Shown in pieces: positions 31,715 to 42,085 of a stretch of DNA of 64,000 nucleotides. The translations under genes and the position numbers were made by a program. This stretch comes from Ignavibacteriota bacterium (GTDB lineage: Bacteria > Bacteroidota > Ignavibacteria > UBA10030), in NCBI GenBank assembly GCA_963833465.1, contig CAWHXW010000004.1, positions 310,366 to 374,365 of the forward strand, written 5' to 3'. Position 1 is the first letter of the stretch. Each line of letters opens with the position of its first letter. The notes beneath the pieces were generated by a model that was not told the origin of the DNA, ran no database searches, and saw only the letters and a list, made by a program, of their open reading frames with translations.

Positions 31715-31884
31715 AGGAAGCGAAAAAATACGTAATTCCCCAAAAGCAGTTTCATGAGTTTGCGCTGAAACTGTACGAATAGCAAACCATAAAATAATTG
31801 ACGTAGAACTGAGCAGGTGTGCAATGCGATAGTGCCTTGAAGGGGCGCTGTGGCCGGATTTTTTATTTTCCCCCAGAATGATAA

Positions 31885-32364
31885 TTAACCTTTCTGATGA
31901 TGCAATAATCGCAACTTCCTGCGTTGGCCGGCTTCCCTGTAACGTCTTTTTTCAATACTATTCATCGGCTTTACAGGATTTGCCGGTACGGGCTGACCAC
32001 TATCATTGATTGCAACGAACATCAAATACGCACTATTTGCATGCTGCTGTTCGCCCGTAAGAAGATTTTCTTTTGTAACACGCACTCCAACTTCGAGTGA
32101 TGTTCGGAAAACCCGGTTCACTGATGCTTGCAAAATCACAACTTCGCCCTGTTTGACCGGATGATGAAAATGCAGTTCATCTAACGAGGCAGTGACACAA
32201 ACCCTATTGGTATGTCGAGATGCGGCAATTGCAGCGGCAATATCAATCCAATGCATTAATCGCCCTCCAAGAAGATTTCCAAGTCGGTTCGTATCATTTG
32301 GAATAACTAACTCGGTTGTCTCCACTTGTGAAGCTGAGACCGGCTTAGCCTTCAGTCGCTGCAT
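31885..32364 (-). CDS. Acyl-CoA thioester hydrolase, hotdog fold (YciA-like)
   Basis: Contains TELVIPNDTNRLGNLLGGRLMHWIDIAAAIAASRH. Confidence 0.75.
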   Translation of the reverse strand: MQRLKAKPVSASQVETTELVIPNDTNRLGNLLGGRLMHWIDIAAAIAASRHTNRVCVTASLDELHFHHPVKQGEVVILQASVNRVFRTSLEVGVRVTKENLLTGEQQHANSAYLMFVAINDSGQPVPANPVKPMNSIEKRRYREAGQRRKLRLLHHQKG

Positions 32365-32365
32365 A

Positions 32366-33226
32366 TTAATTTCTCGATTGAGGCGCCTGTTTGCTTGTGT
32401 CTTTTATTGGCTCTAGCGCTTTTTGTTTATTTGTTTTTTCGTCGAGGAGTCCTGCTTCTATGTCAGAATTCAATTTTTCTGCATTCGATTTTAAAGTGCT
32501 TGAAGGATATTTTTCGAGGAATTTACTCACTGCTTCTTTCGCATCAGCGTACTTCTTTCGGTTTATTAATGCTTCGGCTTTCTTCAGCAATGCCGGCTCA
32601 GCATATTGTGTGTCATGATATTTATCCAGCACAAGATCAAAATAATAAGCTGCAGCTTTGTAATACTCCATGTGCATATATGTAATGCCATTCTCGTAAT
32701 CTTTCCGCGCCAGCTTTGTATTTAGTTCATTAATTCTTTGTTCAGCTAAAGATACCAGCGTGTCGTTAGGATGATATTCCAGAAATGCCTGATATTCATC
32801 AATCGCTTTCCTTGTATAGTCTTGATCTAAAATGGATTTCGGCGATAACTTATAGAAACACGTAGCGCGTCTAAAACGGGCGCGGGATATAAAGATGCTG
32901 GAAGACATTGTGCGAATTAAAATATCGTATTCAAATGCAGCAAGAATATATTCCTCTCGGAGATATCGGCATTCGCCCATGTAAAACTGAGCGGAATCGG
33001 CAACTTTGCTGCCTTGGAATTGCAACGACACGACTTTGAATTCTTCGATCGCCGCTAAATAATCTTCATCCTTAAATGCTTTCATGCCCAGATTATACCG
33101 CTCCTCAGCACTAAGCTGTTTCGTTGCTTCCTCCGAACCGCACCCGATAATTAATGTTAAAAACACAATAAATAAAAAATGAAAGAATGTGCTATTGAGA
33201 TTTTTTTTCAGCAGATGGTTTAACAA
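32366..33226 (-). CDS. TPR-repeat outer-membrane lipoprotein, BamD/YfiO-like
   Basis: Lipoprotein signal (LTLIIGCGS) followed by multiple TPR-like helical repeats. ~280 aa. Confidence 0.5.
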   Translation of the reverse strand: MLNHLLKKNLNSTFFHFLFIVFLTLIIGCGSEEATKQLSAEERYNLGMKAFKDEDYLAAIEEFKVVSLQFQGSKVADSAQFYMGECRYLREEYILAAFEYDILIRTMSSSIFISRARFRRATCFYKLSPKSILDQDYTRKAIDEYQAFLEYHPNDTLVSLAEQRINELNTKLARKDYENGITYMHMEYYKAAAYYFDLVLDKYHDTQYAEPALLKKAEALINRKKYADAKEAVSKFLEKYPSSTLKSNAEKLNSDIEAGLLDEKTNKQKALEPIKDTSKQAPQSRN

Positions 33227-34247
33227 AGTAACCTCGCTCTGTGTGTGTAATAGAAACTGTTGATAACATTTGAATCCGGTTCATCAACTCCTGTGATTCA
33301 TCCTTATTCAAATCGGCGCTTGGCTGATATCCCGGATGAAATGGAATCAATTCTATAGACGATATATTTTTTTTTGCGTTCCACTTTTCAAATTTCAAGA
33401 GTGCTGCAAATGATCGCTGTGTCCAGAACCGCTGCGGTTGATTGAATACTGCATTTCCGAGAGAATGAAATATCCAGCAGCCGCAATAAATCTCGATGCC
33501 ATTCGGCACATGCGGATGATGCCCGAAAACAACATCAGCGCCAAACTCTGCAAGAAGTTTCATTTCTCGTTCTGCAGATTCTCCAGGAGTATCTTTGTAC
33601 TCCCCGCCGCCGTGATAACTCGCAATCACAAAATCCGATTGTTGTTTTAGATTTTTAATTTCATTGTACGCTCTTATGGAATCAAAAACGGAAATCAATC
33701 CTTTCCATTTTCCTTGAATGTTGACGGTTTGTGTGTAAGCCAAGATACCAAATTTTATTCCATTACGTTCAATAATGACCGGCGAAAATTCCTTCCCGGT
33801 ATCCATCACCGTTCCCGTGAACCGAACACTTTCCTGATTCAAAAACTTGATTGTTTCACGAATTCCTTTCATTCCATAATCAAATGCATGATTGTTTGCC
33901 GTTGAAACAACCGTTATACCGGCACGCCGCAAAGTTGCCGCAGCACCAGGAGGCGCACAAAAAATTACATTTGACTTCGGACTTTGAGTCTCGCCGTTCT
34001 GATCCGTAACCGGGCATTCGAGATTTGCAAATACAATTTCAGCGCGGGCAAGCACACTGTCAAACTTCTCAAACGGAAAATCCGTATTACCTTTTAGAAT
34101 TTCCTGCCCAACAGTACGTCCAAGATTAATATCACCTAACGCAAGAAGCGATACACTCAGCACTGAATCGGAATTCCGCGCGAACGCTTTCGATGTCGGT
34201 TGAACAAGCAATGCAATTACGATAAACAGCGTATATTTGTTTCTCAA
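33192..34247 (-). CDS. CapA/PGA_cap family metallophosphatase-like protein
   Basis: Signal peptide. Motifs FANLECPVT, VVSTANNHAFDYG, ASYHGGGEY, FGHHPH, which are calcineurin-like metallophosphoesterase signatures. Confidence 0.7.
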   Translation of the reverse strand: MRNKYTLFIVIALLVQPTSKAFARNSDSVLSVSLLALGDINLGRTVGQEILKGNTDFPFEKFDSVLARAEIVFANLECPVTDQNGETQSPKSNVIFCAPPGAAATLRRAGITVVSTANNHAFDYGMKGIRETIKFLNQESVRFTGTVMDTGKEFSPVIIERNGIKFGILAYTQTVNIQGKWKGLISVFDSIRAYNEIKNLKQQSDFVIASYHGGGEYKDTPGESAEREMKLLAEFGADVVFGHHPHVPNGIEIYCGCWIFHSLGNAVFNQPQRFWTQRSFAALLKFEKWNAKKNISSIELIPFHPGYQPSADLNKDESQELMNRIQMLSTVSITHTERGYFVKPSAEKKSQ

Positions 34248-34885
34248 CTTCTCACCGTAAAGAATAAATATACAATTGCTATCGCGCCGCCAATTACAAT
34301 GAAGGGCGTCAACATCCGTTGAAGAATTCCACTTTCTTCATCTTTCTTAACTAATGGCAACAATCCTTCCGCAAAAATCTGAGCCGTATCTTTTGTTTCC
34401 TTACAAAATGTGCCGAGGATATGTGCTTCGCGTTCAGTGCCTTTTATCATTCTCGCTTCCAGAGTGGTTCGGATAATTCGCTCGGATAACTTTGCATTTA
34501 ACTCCCGCACTTTTATTTCAGAGTTGAGAATAAATACGTTGAGTATTTGATTTACCGATACAGTATCCATGACTATTGATGTAAAATTTCGCTTCTGAAA
34601 TGCCTCTATGAAAGCGTTCTCCGCCAATGTCCGCTGCCCTTCACCTTCAACAAAAACTGCAACACGACCTTTAACGTCGAACTTTGCCGAATCGACAACT
34701 TCATTGGCAATATTTTGCAACTGTAACCGAATAATGGATGTGCTGCTAGCTCCAACGGAATCATTTGCACAAGACATTACATCTGATCCCGCAAGAAGAA
34801 TCATCAGTACAACATACCAAAATGATCGAGTGCAAAATATCAAGCGAATGCCTTTAGCGAATACCGCCCATTGCAATCTGCTCAA
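34244..34885 (-). CDS. Hypothetical membrane-anchored protein
   Basis: 213-aa ORF with an N-terminal hydrophobic segment and a C-terminal TM helix ([15 protein letters not shown]). No known domain recognised. Confidence 0.4.
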   Translation of the reverse strand: MSRLQWAVFAKGIRLIFCTRSFWYVVLMILLAGSDVMSCANDSVGASSTSIIRLQLQNIANEVVDSAKFDVKGRVAVFVEGEGQRTLAENAFIEAFQKRNFTSIVMDTVSVNQILNVFILNSEIKVRELNAKLSERIIRTTLEARMIKGTEREAHILGTFCKETKDTAQIFAEGLLPLVKKDEESGILQRMLTPFIVIGGAIAIVYLFFTVRS

Positions 34886-35717
34886 GCCGGGCGATGCGTT
34901 CTTCAGTCGGCGGATGCGTAGAAAACAATTTAGTTATCCCGCTGCCGGATAATGGATTGACTATAAACATATGCGCAGTTGCAGTGCCTGCATTTTCCAT
35001 CGGAATTTGTTCGGCGCCTTTCTCTAATTTGCGCAGCGCGTTGGCAAGACTCAACGGCCGTTGACAAATTTGCGCGCCTCCTTCATCGGCGGCAAATTCC
35101 CGTGAACGCGATACGGCAAATTGAATAAGCATTGCCGCAATAGGCGCAAGAATAATAAGAAAAATCTGGCCGACGGGATTCGAGTTTTCCCGATCCCTGC
35201 TTCCGCCTCCGAAGATGGAAGCATACATTGCCATCCTTGCTACAAATGTAATCGTTCCAGCCATCGCTGCCACAAGTGTCGCAATTAGAATATCCCGATG
35301 CTTAACATGCGCTAACTCATGCGAAATCACGCCTTCCAATTCATCATCCGAAAGTATGCGTAGAATTCCTTCGGTTGCCGCTACTGCAGCGTGCTCAGGA
35401 TTGCGTCCGGTTGCAAATGCATTTGGTGAATCGCCGGGAATAATATAAACCTTCGGCATTGGCAATTGTGCCTGTGCAGCAAGACGGCGCACAATACCGG
35501 TTAAGCGCGGAGCTTCAGCTTCTGTTACTTCTCTTGCGCCGTAAGTCATAAGTACGATTTTACTTGAGAACCAATACATTCCAAAATTCATCAGCAATGA
35601 AAACATAAACGCCATTACCAAACCTTGCTCGCCGCCAAGCCAATCTCCAATAAACAGCAGCAAGCCGATCATTAATGCCATTAGTAAAACCGTTTTCAGT
35701 GAATTTGTCATTTTCAA
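34854..35717 (-). CDS. htpX: Zinc metalloprotease HtpX (peptidase M48)
   Basis: [10 protein letters not shown] motif and 4 TM segments; ~287 aa. Confidence 0.85.
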   Translation of the reverse strand: MKMTNSLKTVLLMALMIGLLLFIGDWLGGEQGLVMAFMFSLLMNFGMYWFSSKIVLMTYGAREVTEAEAPRLTGIVRRLAAQAQLPMPKVYIIPGDSPNAFATGRNPEHAAVAATEGILRILSDDELEGVISHELAHVKHRDILIATLVAAMAGTITFVARMAMYASIFGGGSRDRENSNPVGQIFLIILAPIAAMLIQFAVSRSREFAADEGGAQICQRPLSLANALRKLEKGAEQIPMENAGTATAHMFIVNPLSGSGITKLFSTHPPTEERIARLEQIAMGGIR

Positions 35718-36512
35718 TATCCTTTCAAAACATTTTCAAAGTGAACCAATAGAAAGTTACGAAAAAGTGTGCGGAGTTTCAATATAAGAGCAATTTGATA
35801 TGTTTTCAAAATTCAAGTCGGGAAGTAGATTTTATTCCTGCCTGATCGCAGTAATTGTCTTATCTTGTTCCCAAGTTCTGTTTGAAAACGCATTGTATGA
35901 CAAATATAATGAAGCGAAGCTTCGGAGAAAAGCTGTGGTTGTCCAAAAATTAATCTTGTCACATTGAACTTGTTTCAGGTCTGCAAAATTGGTAAAGAAA
36001 TAAATATAGATTCCAAATTAAATTCGGAATGACGCTATCTTTTGGAACTTTTAAACAGCCATAGCAAGAAGTTAATACTTGCGCAAAAATAGCTGCAAGT
36101 TGCTTGTTAAAATACGACAGATGAGTGAAAAATAAATCTTTAGATTATATTATTTTGTAATCATTTTTTTTAATTCCTACCTCGTTTTCAAACCCTGTTT
36201 AAGAATAATTACTATGAAGAAACCTATTTTATAACGTTCTTATTTTTATCATCACTCTATCTTTTTGTAAAGCACAAAGCAATTTTAGTAAAACAATGAC
36301 TATTAGTATGAACAATCATCCATATTATGTACATGATTTTATCTCTGAAACATTGAACGACAAGTTCCTTTATCCGAGCAAATAGTTCCACTCTCCCAAT
36401 TATTAGTTCAATAATCTATATTATAAATTGCAATAACGTTATAAGTCAATTCTAAAAAATTAGGTGTGATGAAGTGTATAAAGGTTTTCTGAAGATGGAA
36501 ACGAAAAAATAT

Positions 36513-37361
36513 TTATTTTCTTTTTAGCAGGCGGCGAAGTGTTTCAAGAACTAATTCCGGGCGCTCATCAAGGAAGTGGCGTGAGAAACGTCTTGCGCGC
36601 TGCACTTCGTTAGAATCAAGTTCGGCATAAATCAGGCATTCTTCCTGTAACTTCGCCGTAGAAATCAACTCTCCACCGGGCGATGTGACGTTAGAACCGC
36701 CCCAGAAGTTCACACCGTCTTCAAATCCCACTCTGTTGCTGAAAAGTACATAAATGTTGAGCAGCCGTGCAAATGTGCGATGGTGTTCGTAATTCACTAC
36801 TTGATTATCAAATTGTGTTCCTTCACCCGAAAGCCGTGTGGGGCTTGCAGTTAAGCAGAGAATGGCTTCCGCTCCATCAAGTGCCAGCAAGTACGGCAGC
36901 GATACATGCCAAAGGTCTTCACAGATAAGCATTCCCATGCGGCCAATTTTTGAATCGAACGCTGCAACACTTTTTCCGATGCCGAAGTATCTGCCTTCTT
37001 CAAACATTCCATAAGTCGGCGGATATATCTTGCGATGAATGTGTTTGATTTCACCATCTTCCAAAAACATAGCGCTGTTATAAATGCCGTAATGCGCACC
37101 GCTTTCGACAAATCCGACAGCAATGGATATTTTATGACTTTTTTCAAGCAATGAAGCAATAAATTTATTTTGAAAAGGATTAATTGCAACGTCCCATGCT
37201 AAATCCCGCAGTGTATAACCAGTAAGACTTAGTTCCGGGAAAAGAACAAGTTTCGCTCCATCCGCAATGGCGCGGTCAATAAATTCGAGATGGTGTTTGA
37301 GGTTCTGTTCAAACGCTCCGACACGGCAGTCAATTTGCGCTATGGCAGTTTTACACTTCAT
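36513..37361 (-). CDS. Carbon-nitrogen hydrolase family amidohydrolase (nitrilase superfamily)
   Basis: Catalytic triad context: FPELSLTGY (Glu), a conserved Lys, and MLICEDLWH (Cys). Confidence 0.75.
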   Translation of the reverse strand: MKCKTAIAQIDCRVGAFEQNLKHHLEFIDRAIADGAKLVLFPELSLTGYTLRDLAWDVAINPFQNKFIASLLEKSHKISIAVGFVESGAHYGIYNSAMFLEDGEIKHIHRKIYPPTYGMFEEGRYFGIGKSVAAFDSKIGRMGMLICEDLWHVSLPYLLALDGAEAILCLTASPTRLSGEGTQFDNQVVNYEHHRTFARLLNIYVLFSNRVGFEDGVNFWGGSNVTSPGGELISTAKLQEECLIYAELDSNEVQRARRFSRHFLDERPELVLETLRRLLKRK

Positions 37362-37397
37362 TGTTATAAAATATAAAAAAGATAGAATTCCGAAAAT

Positions 37398-37853
37398 CTA
37401 CTGTACATGCACATCATTAGGCAGTTCATTTGCATCGTCAGATTTCCCGGGAAAGTATTTTGAAAGTTCCTTGCCAACAGATTTGACTCCGTGAATAATG
37501 CCGATCCGGAAATTTTTCTGCGAGAAATGGCCGGACATTTCGTTCGCTATTTTATTCCACGTGCCATCTTCCACCTTAGTATGGATTCCATCATCAGCAA
37601 GAATAAAGAATTTTTTATCTTCCAGCAATAGAAAGATCAGGATTCCAGTGCGATGCTTTGTCTTTGTCATTCCCAGCAAATGAAATTCCTGCCGTGCCAT
37701 TTCCTCGATGGTTAATTTCCTCTCCCGCCACTTCCGTTTCTGGCGAATGCTTACTCGAATTTCTCCTGCAGTCGTTTTTTCAGCTTCACCTATCGCTGAG
37801 GCAATTGAGGCAAGGTCTTCTTTTGTGAACATTTTTTTTACAAGGTTTTTCAT
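37398..37853 (-). CDS. TPM-domain protein (TLP18.3/Psb32/MOLO-1 family phosphatase-like)
   Basis: 151 aa with motif GILIFLLLEDKKFFILADDGI. Confidence 0.55.
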   Translation of the reverse strand: MKNLVKKMFTKEDLASIASAIGEAEKTTAGEIRVSIRQKRKWRERKLTIEEMARQEFHLLGMTKTKHRTGILIFLLLEDKKFFILADDGIHTKVEDGTWNKIANEMSGHFSQKNFRIGIIHGVKSVGKELSKYFPGKSDDANELPNDVHVQ

Positions 37854-37867
37854 GCGGTGCTTCTCCG

Positions 37868-38542
37868 CTACGATAAGTCTATCATCTTAATATCTCTAAT
37901 GTACTTCACTGTTTTGTCTTCTTTTAAATTCCGAAGTTTTTCCAGTTTCAACTGCATTCGTTCCACATTATCTTTAATCAGTTTCAGATACTTCAAAGCT
38001 TTTTCAGGAAGCGTTTTTTTCTCAAGCTCACTTACAATTTTGTCCATATCTTCAAGCGGCTCACTGATTTTATTGGAGATTTCTACAACGACTTCCTGCA
38101 TTATTTCTAATCGCTTCCGTTTTATTTCCAACTTATCTTGTTCATGTTTCAGATGCCCCTTTTCTACAACTCTGAGAAGTGTTTGCGGAAAAACGTGTGT
38201 AAAAACGTCTTCATTAAATAAACAGTCCTTCACGCCCATCCGCATAACCTCAACTGCAAGATTCACATCTTTGCTTGTCGTCAGAAAAACAATTGGAATG
38301 TCGTATTTCAAGTCCTTCAATTTGTGCGTAAATTCAATACCGCTCATTCCTTTAAGAACATCTTCTGTTACAATGATATCTACAGTATTTTTCTGCTCAA
38401 GAAATGTTATTGCATTTTCAGCACTTTGCTGCCATATAATTTCAAATCGTGCATCATCAAATTTTGAAAGACTCATATTTAGAGATTGAATATCTAATTC
38501 AGTCTCATTCACATAGAGCACTTTTATAATTTCGTTACTCAA
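37868..38542 (-). CDS. Response-regulator receiver protein with C-terminal coiled-coil
   Basis: REC fold (DIIVTEDVLKGMSGIEF…PIVFLT) followed by a heptad-rich C-terminal ~90 aa. Confidence 0.6.
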   Translation of the reverse strand: MSNEIIKVLYVNETELDIQSLNMSLSKFDDARFEIIWQQSAENAITFLEQKNTVDIIVTEDVLKGMSGIEFTHKLKDLKYDIPIVFLTTSKDVNLAVEVMRMGVKDCLFNEDVFTHVFPQTLLRVVEKGHLKHEQDKLEIKRKRLEIMQEVVVEISNKISEPLEDMDKIVSELEKKTLPEKALKYLKLIKDNVERMQLKLEKLRNLKEDKTVKYIRDIKMIDLS

Positions 38543-38562
38543 AGATCACTCGCTTTTTCTCA

Positions 38563-39333
38563 TTACCAACTGCCGGAAGCGCCGCCGCCGCCGGACATGC
38601 CTCCGCCGCCGCCAAATCCACCCACACCAAACCCGCCGCTGGACATGCCACCGCCGCCGCCAAATCCACCCACACCAAACCCGCCGCCATAACCCCAACC
38701 GGAATAATAGCTGTGACCGCCTGAACCGATAATCGAACGTCGTCGTGAAGTCATCATAGGCATAAGAACAAAGAATATGAAGACGATTATTATAGACACA
38801 AGTCCCGCTGAAACTTCAGGCGCTCTATTGCCTTTATTAGCTACATGGTACTCACCGGCTGTTGCGCGCATAATTGCATCAACACCGGTTACAATGCCTC
38901 CGAAATAGTTATCGGCTTTGAAGTACGGAGTAATTTCCTGACGAATGATTTGCGATGTGACAGCATCTGTCAGCGTACCTTCCAATCCGTATCCGACTTC
39001 TATTCTCATTGCATGATCCTGTTTGGCAATCACAAGTAGTACGCCATTATCTTTTTTCGATTGGCCAATTTTGTTTTCCGAAAAAGTTTTATTGGCAAAT
39101 TCTTCTATGCTTTCTCCGTCAAGGGAATTAATAATGAGAACAACGACCTGAGTGGAAGTGGTGTCTTCAAAGCTCTTAAGTAAATGATCCAGCTGCTGCC
39201 ATTCCTGAAAACTCAATGTGTTTGTGAAATCCGAAACACGCTGTTCAAGTTTCGGGATTTTCGCTTCTGCTGCAGCGTGTGTACTGCAAATTACAATAAT
39301 AAGTATAAAAACAATCCAGCAAAAATTTTTCAT
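38563..39333 (-). CDS. TPM-domain (methanol dehydrogenase beta-like / DUF477) membrane protein with Gly-rich C-terminal tail
   Basis: Signal peptide, TPM domain, TM helix, and a duplicated GGFGVGGFGGGGGMS tail (48-bp direct repeat in DNA at ~38575-38700). Confidence 0.6.
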   Translation of the reverse strand: MKNFCWIVFILIIVICSTHAAAEAKIPKLEQRVSDFTNTLSFQEWQQLDHLLKSFEDTTSTQVVVLIINSLDGESIEEFANKTFSENKIGQSKKDNGVLLVIAKQDHAMRIEVGYGLEGTLTDAVTSQIIRQEITPYFKADNYFGGIVTGVDAIMRATAGEYHVANKGNRAPEVSAGLVSIIIVFIFFVLMPMMTSRRRSIIGSGGHSYYSGWGYGGGFGVGGFGGGGGMSSGGFGVGGFGGGGGMSGGGGASGSW

Positions 39334-39341
39334 AGGGACAC

Positions 39342-39962
39342 TCAGAATTTTACTTGCGGCGCCTTTTCAGACCCTGCAATTGATTTAAAATATTGTGCTT
39401 CATGGAATCCGCCAAAGCCGGCTATCATGGATGCAGGAAACCGGCGAATCATGACATTGAATTCCTGCACAGTTTCGTTAAAACGGCGGCGTTCTACAGC
39501 GATACGATTTTCAGTGCCTTCCAATTGCGACTGGAGTTCAAGGAAATTTTGATTGGACTTTAGATCCGGATATTTTTCCACAATAACCATCAAACGCGAT
39601 AATGCCGAACCTAATCCGTCTTGTGCCTGTTGAAAATTCTGAAATGCCTGCGGGTCGCGCAAAACTTCAGGCGTTACTTTCATTTGGCCGACACTGGCAC
39701 GCGCTTCAGTTACACCGATGAGCACATCTTTTTCCTGCTTTGCATAACCTTTAACAGTTTCGACAAGATTCGGTATCAGATCGTAACGGCGCTGATATTG
39801 GTTTTCAACCTGGCTCCATGCATTTTTCACGCCTTCATCTGCACTGACAATTTTGTTGTACACGCCGACACCCCATCCAATTGTCAATACAACAACTAAC
39901 AGCAAACCGCCAATGATTGATAATGTGATAATTAATCCCTTACTCATATTTGTATTCCTCAA
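39342..39962 (-). CDS. lemA: LemA family protein
   Basis: N-terminal TM followed by the LemA core NAWSQVENQYQRRYDLIPNLVETVKGYA. Confidence 0.8.
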   Translation of the reverse strand: MRNTNMSKGLIITLSIIGGLLLVVVLTIGWGVGVYNKIVSADEGVKNAWSQVENQYQRRYDLIPNLVETVKGYAKQEKDVLIGVTEARASVGQMKVTPEVLRDPQAFQNFQQAQDGLGSALSRLMVIVEKYPDLKSNQNFLELQSQLEGTENRIAVERRRFNETVQEFNVMIRRFPASMIAGFGGFHEAQYFKSIAGSEKAPQVKF

Positions 39963-40100
39963 TTTATTCCGACTAAATCTTATGCTATTGTACCAAATCT
40001 TCGTGCCAAAAACAACAAATGTGAACTATGAACCGGTTACTTTTGCATATCCACCAACTTGTGAGTACTTTAATGTAAATAATAAGGCGGGAATATAATT

Positions 40101-40478
40101 ATGCGGATTTATCTTCGTTCAAAAATTCATAAAGCCACAATAACAACTGCAAATCTTCATTACATCGGATCTATTACAATTGATGAACGATTAATGGAGC
40201 TTGCCGATTTGGATGAATATGAAAAAGTTCTTGTTGTTGATAATACCAATGGCCAGCGGCTGGAGACATACGTCATTAAGGGAAAAAAGAACTCGGGAAT
40301 AATCGGAATAAATGGCGCAGCCGCCCATCTTGTACACCAAGGCGATGAAGTTATTATTATGTCGTTTCAGATTTCTAATCGCCCAAAGAAACCTGTTATT
40401 ATACTCGTCGATAGCAAAAATCAATTCGTAAAATATCTCAAGGAAAAATCCGAGATGCTAAATGAAGATGAATGTTAA
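40101..40478 (+). CDS. panD: Aspartate 1-decarboxylase
   Basis: [28 protein letters not shown]…, with a pyruvoyl-forming Gly-Ser site. Confidence 0.9.
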   Translation: MRIYLRSKIHKATITTANLHYIGSITIDERLMELADLDEYEKVLVVDNTNGQRLETYVIKGKKNSGIIGINGAAAHLVHQGDEVIIMSFQISNRPKKPVIILVDSKNQFVKYLKEKSEMLNEDEC

Positions 40479-40643
40479 ATTGATAGTTTAATGTTTTGAA
40501 GAGAGAAAATATAAATAGACAAAAAATATTTTATCAAATTTAAACAGGAACACACTATTCTTTTACATCACTCTGTCAAGAACGACAATCTCTAAAAAAT
40601 AAACAAGTTACGATTTTCTATTGAATATCGTGGCTCGATTGAT

Positions 40644-41897
40644 TCAGCTGTTCATCACTTTTAGAAACTCTTTGTTTGTTTTAGTGCCTCTCATTTTATC
40701 AAGCAATAGTTCCATCGCTTCGTTTGGTTCTAAATCACTCAAGAACTTGCGAAGTATCCAGACGCGATTCAAATCATCAGTTTCGAAAAGCATTTCTTCT
40801 TTGCGTGTGCCAGACCGATTCACATTAATCGCAGGGAAAATACGTTTATCACTTAAACCGCGATCAAGAACAATTTCCATATTGCCCGTGCCTTTGAATT
40901 CTTCAAAGATCACTTCGTCCATGCGACTGCCGGTTTCCACAAGTGCAGTTGCAATTATTGTAAGACTCCCGCCTTCTTCAATATTTCGCGCAGCTCCAAA
41001 GAATCGTTTAGGCCGATGCAATGCGTTGGCATCAACGCCTCCGGAAAGAATTTTTCCACTATGGGGAACAACAGTGTTATGTGCGCGAGCAAGGCGAGTG
41101 ATACTATCGAGAAGAATGACGACATCTTTTTTCGCTTCAACTAACCGCTTGGCTTTATCTAATACCATATCCGCGACCTGAACATGCCGCTCTGGCGGTT
41201 CATCAAACGTGGAACTGACGACTTCTGCGCTGACCGAGCGCTCCATATCCGTAACTTCTTCCGGCCGCTCGTCAATCAGTAGAACAATTAACTTAACTTC
41301 CGGATGATTGCGTGTGATGCTGTTTGCCATCTTCTGAAGCAGGATAGTTTTACCGGCTTTTGGAGGGGATACAATCATACCACGCTGGCCTTTTCCCACC
41401 GGTGCAAGTAAATCGAGAATACGCATCGCATATTCACCAGGAATAGTTTCCAACTTTATTCTTTGTGCCGGATACATCGGGGTAAGATTTTCAAACAAAA
41501 CACGTTCGCGAATCAAATCTGGATTATCATCATTTACCGCTTCAACACGAAGCAGTGCAAAGAACCGCTCGCCTTCCTTCGGCGGACGAACTTGGCCATT
41601 GACTGTATCGCCAGTACGCAATCCAAATTTCTTAATTTGAGATGGCGATACATAAATATCGTCAGGCGACGGCAGATAATTATAATCGCCTGATCGGAGA
41701 AACCCGTATCCGTCCGGCAGCACTTCGAGCACGCCTTTACTAAATCCTAATCCATCTTTTTGCGTCTGAGCTTCTAGGATTTTAAAAATTAGGTCTTGCT
41801 TACGAAGATCGCTATAGCCAGTGATATTGAGCTCTTTGGCAATCGTGTTCAACTCGGCAATCTTTTTTGTTTTTAATTCACTGATGTCCATCGGCAT
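40644..41897 (-). CDS. rho: Transcription termination factor Rho
   Basis: N-terminal domain, RNA-binding OB-fold ([10 protein letters not shown]), Walker A GKTILLQ, and the RecA-like core. 417 aa. Confidence 0.9.
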   Translation of the reverse strand: MPMDISELKTKKIAELNTIAKELNITGYSDLRKQDLIFKILEAQTQKDGLGFSKGVLEVLPDGYGFLRSGDYNYLPSPDDIYVSPSQIKKFGLRTGDTVNGQVRPPKEGERFFALLRVEAVNDDNPDLIRERVLFENLTPMYPAQRIKLETIPGEYAMRILDLLAPVGKGQRGMIVSPPKAGKTILLQKMANSITRNHPEVKLIVLLIDERPEEVTDMERSVSAEVVSSTFDEPPERHVQVADMVLDKAKRLVEAKKDVVILLDSITRLARAHNTVVPHSGKILSGGVDANALHRPKRFFGAARNIEEGGSLTIIATALVETGSRMDEVIFEEFKGTGNMEIVLDRGLSDKRIFPAINVNRSGTRKEEMLFETDDLNRVWILRKFLSDLEPNEAMELLLDKMRGTKTNKEFLKVMNS

Positions 41898-42085
41898 GGA
41901 AAATATACCTCGAAGTTATTTAGATGATTAGAAAAATAATTTTTTAATTAGCTATAATATTATAAAATGTGAGTATAATATTTTATTTAAAAAAATTAGA
42001 TCGGAACAAAATTTTTTGAAGTAACCTGGTTGGATAAAAAGGAAACGAAAATTTCTCTACCAACTTGCATTTTTAAAATACTCGA

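Noticed and set aside
35799-35967. Small signal-peptide-like ORF (MFSKFKSGSRFYSCLIAVIVLSCSQ…) in the htpX upstream gap
   Set aside because: By my coordinate check, the ATG and stop I had picked for this ORF are not in the same frame, so the hand translation was unreliable. It was left uncalled.
36851-37189. 112-aa minus-strand ORF inside the C-N hydrolase gene in another frame
   Set aside because: The nitrilase-family frame carries the conserved catalytic motifs; the overlapping frame does not.
37857-38489. 210-aa plus-strand ORF, Ser/Phe-rich
   Set aside because: It is low-complexity and antisense to a well-supported response-regulator gene. It is a spurious antisense ORF.
40621-41181. 186-aa plus-strand ORF overlapping rho
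   Set aside because: It is antisense to the highly conserved rho gene with no homology signal of its own.
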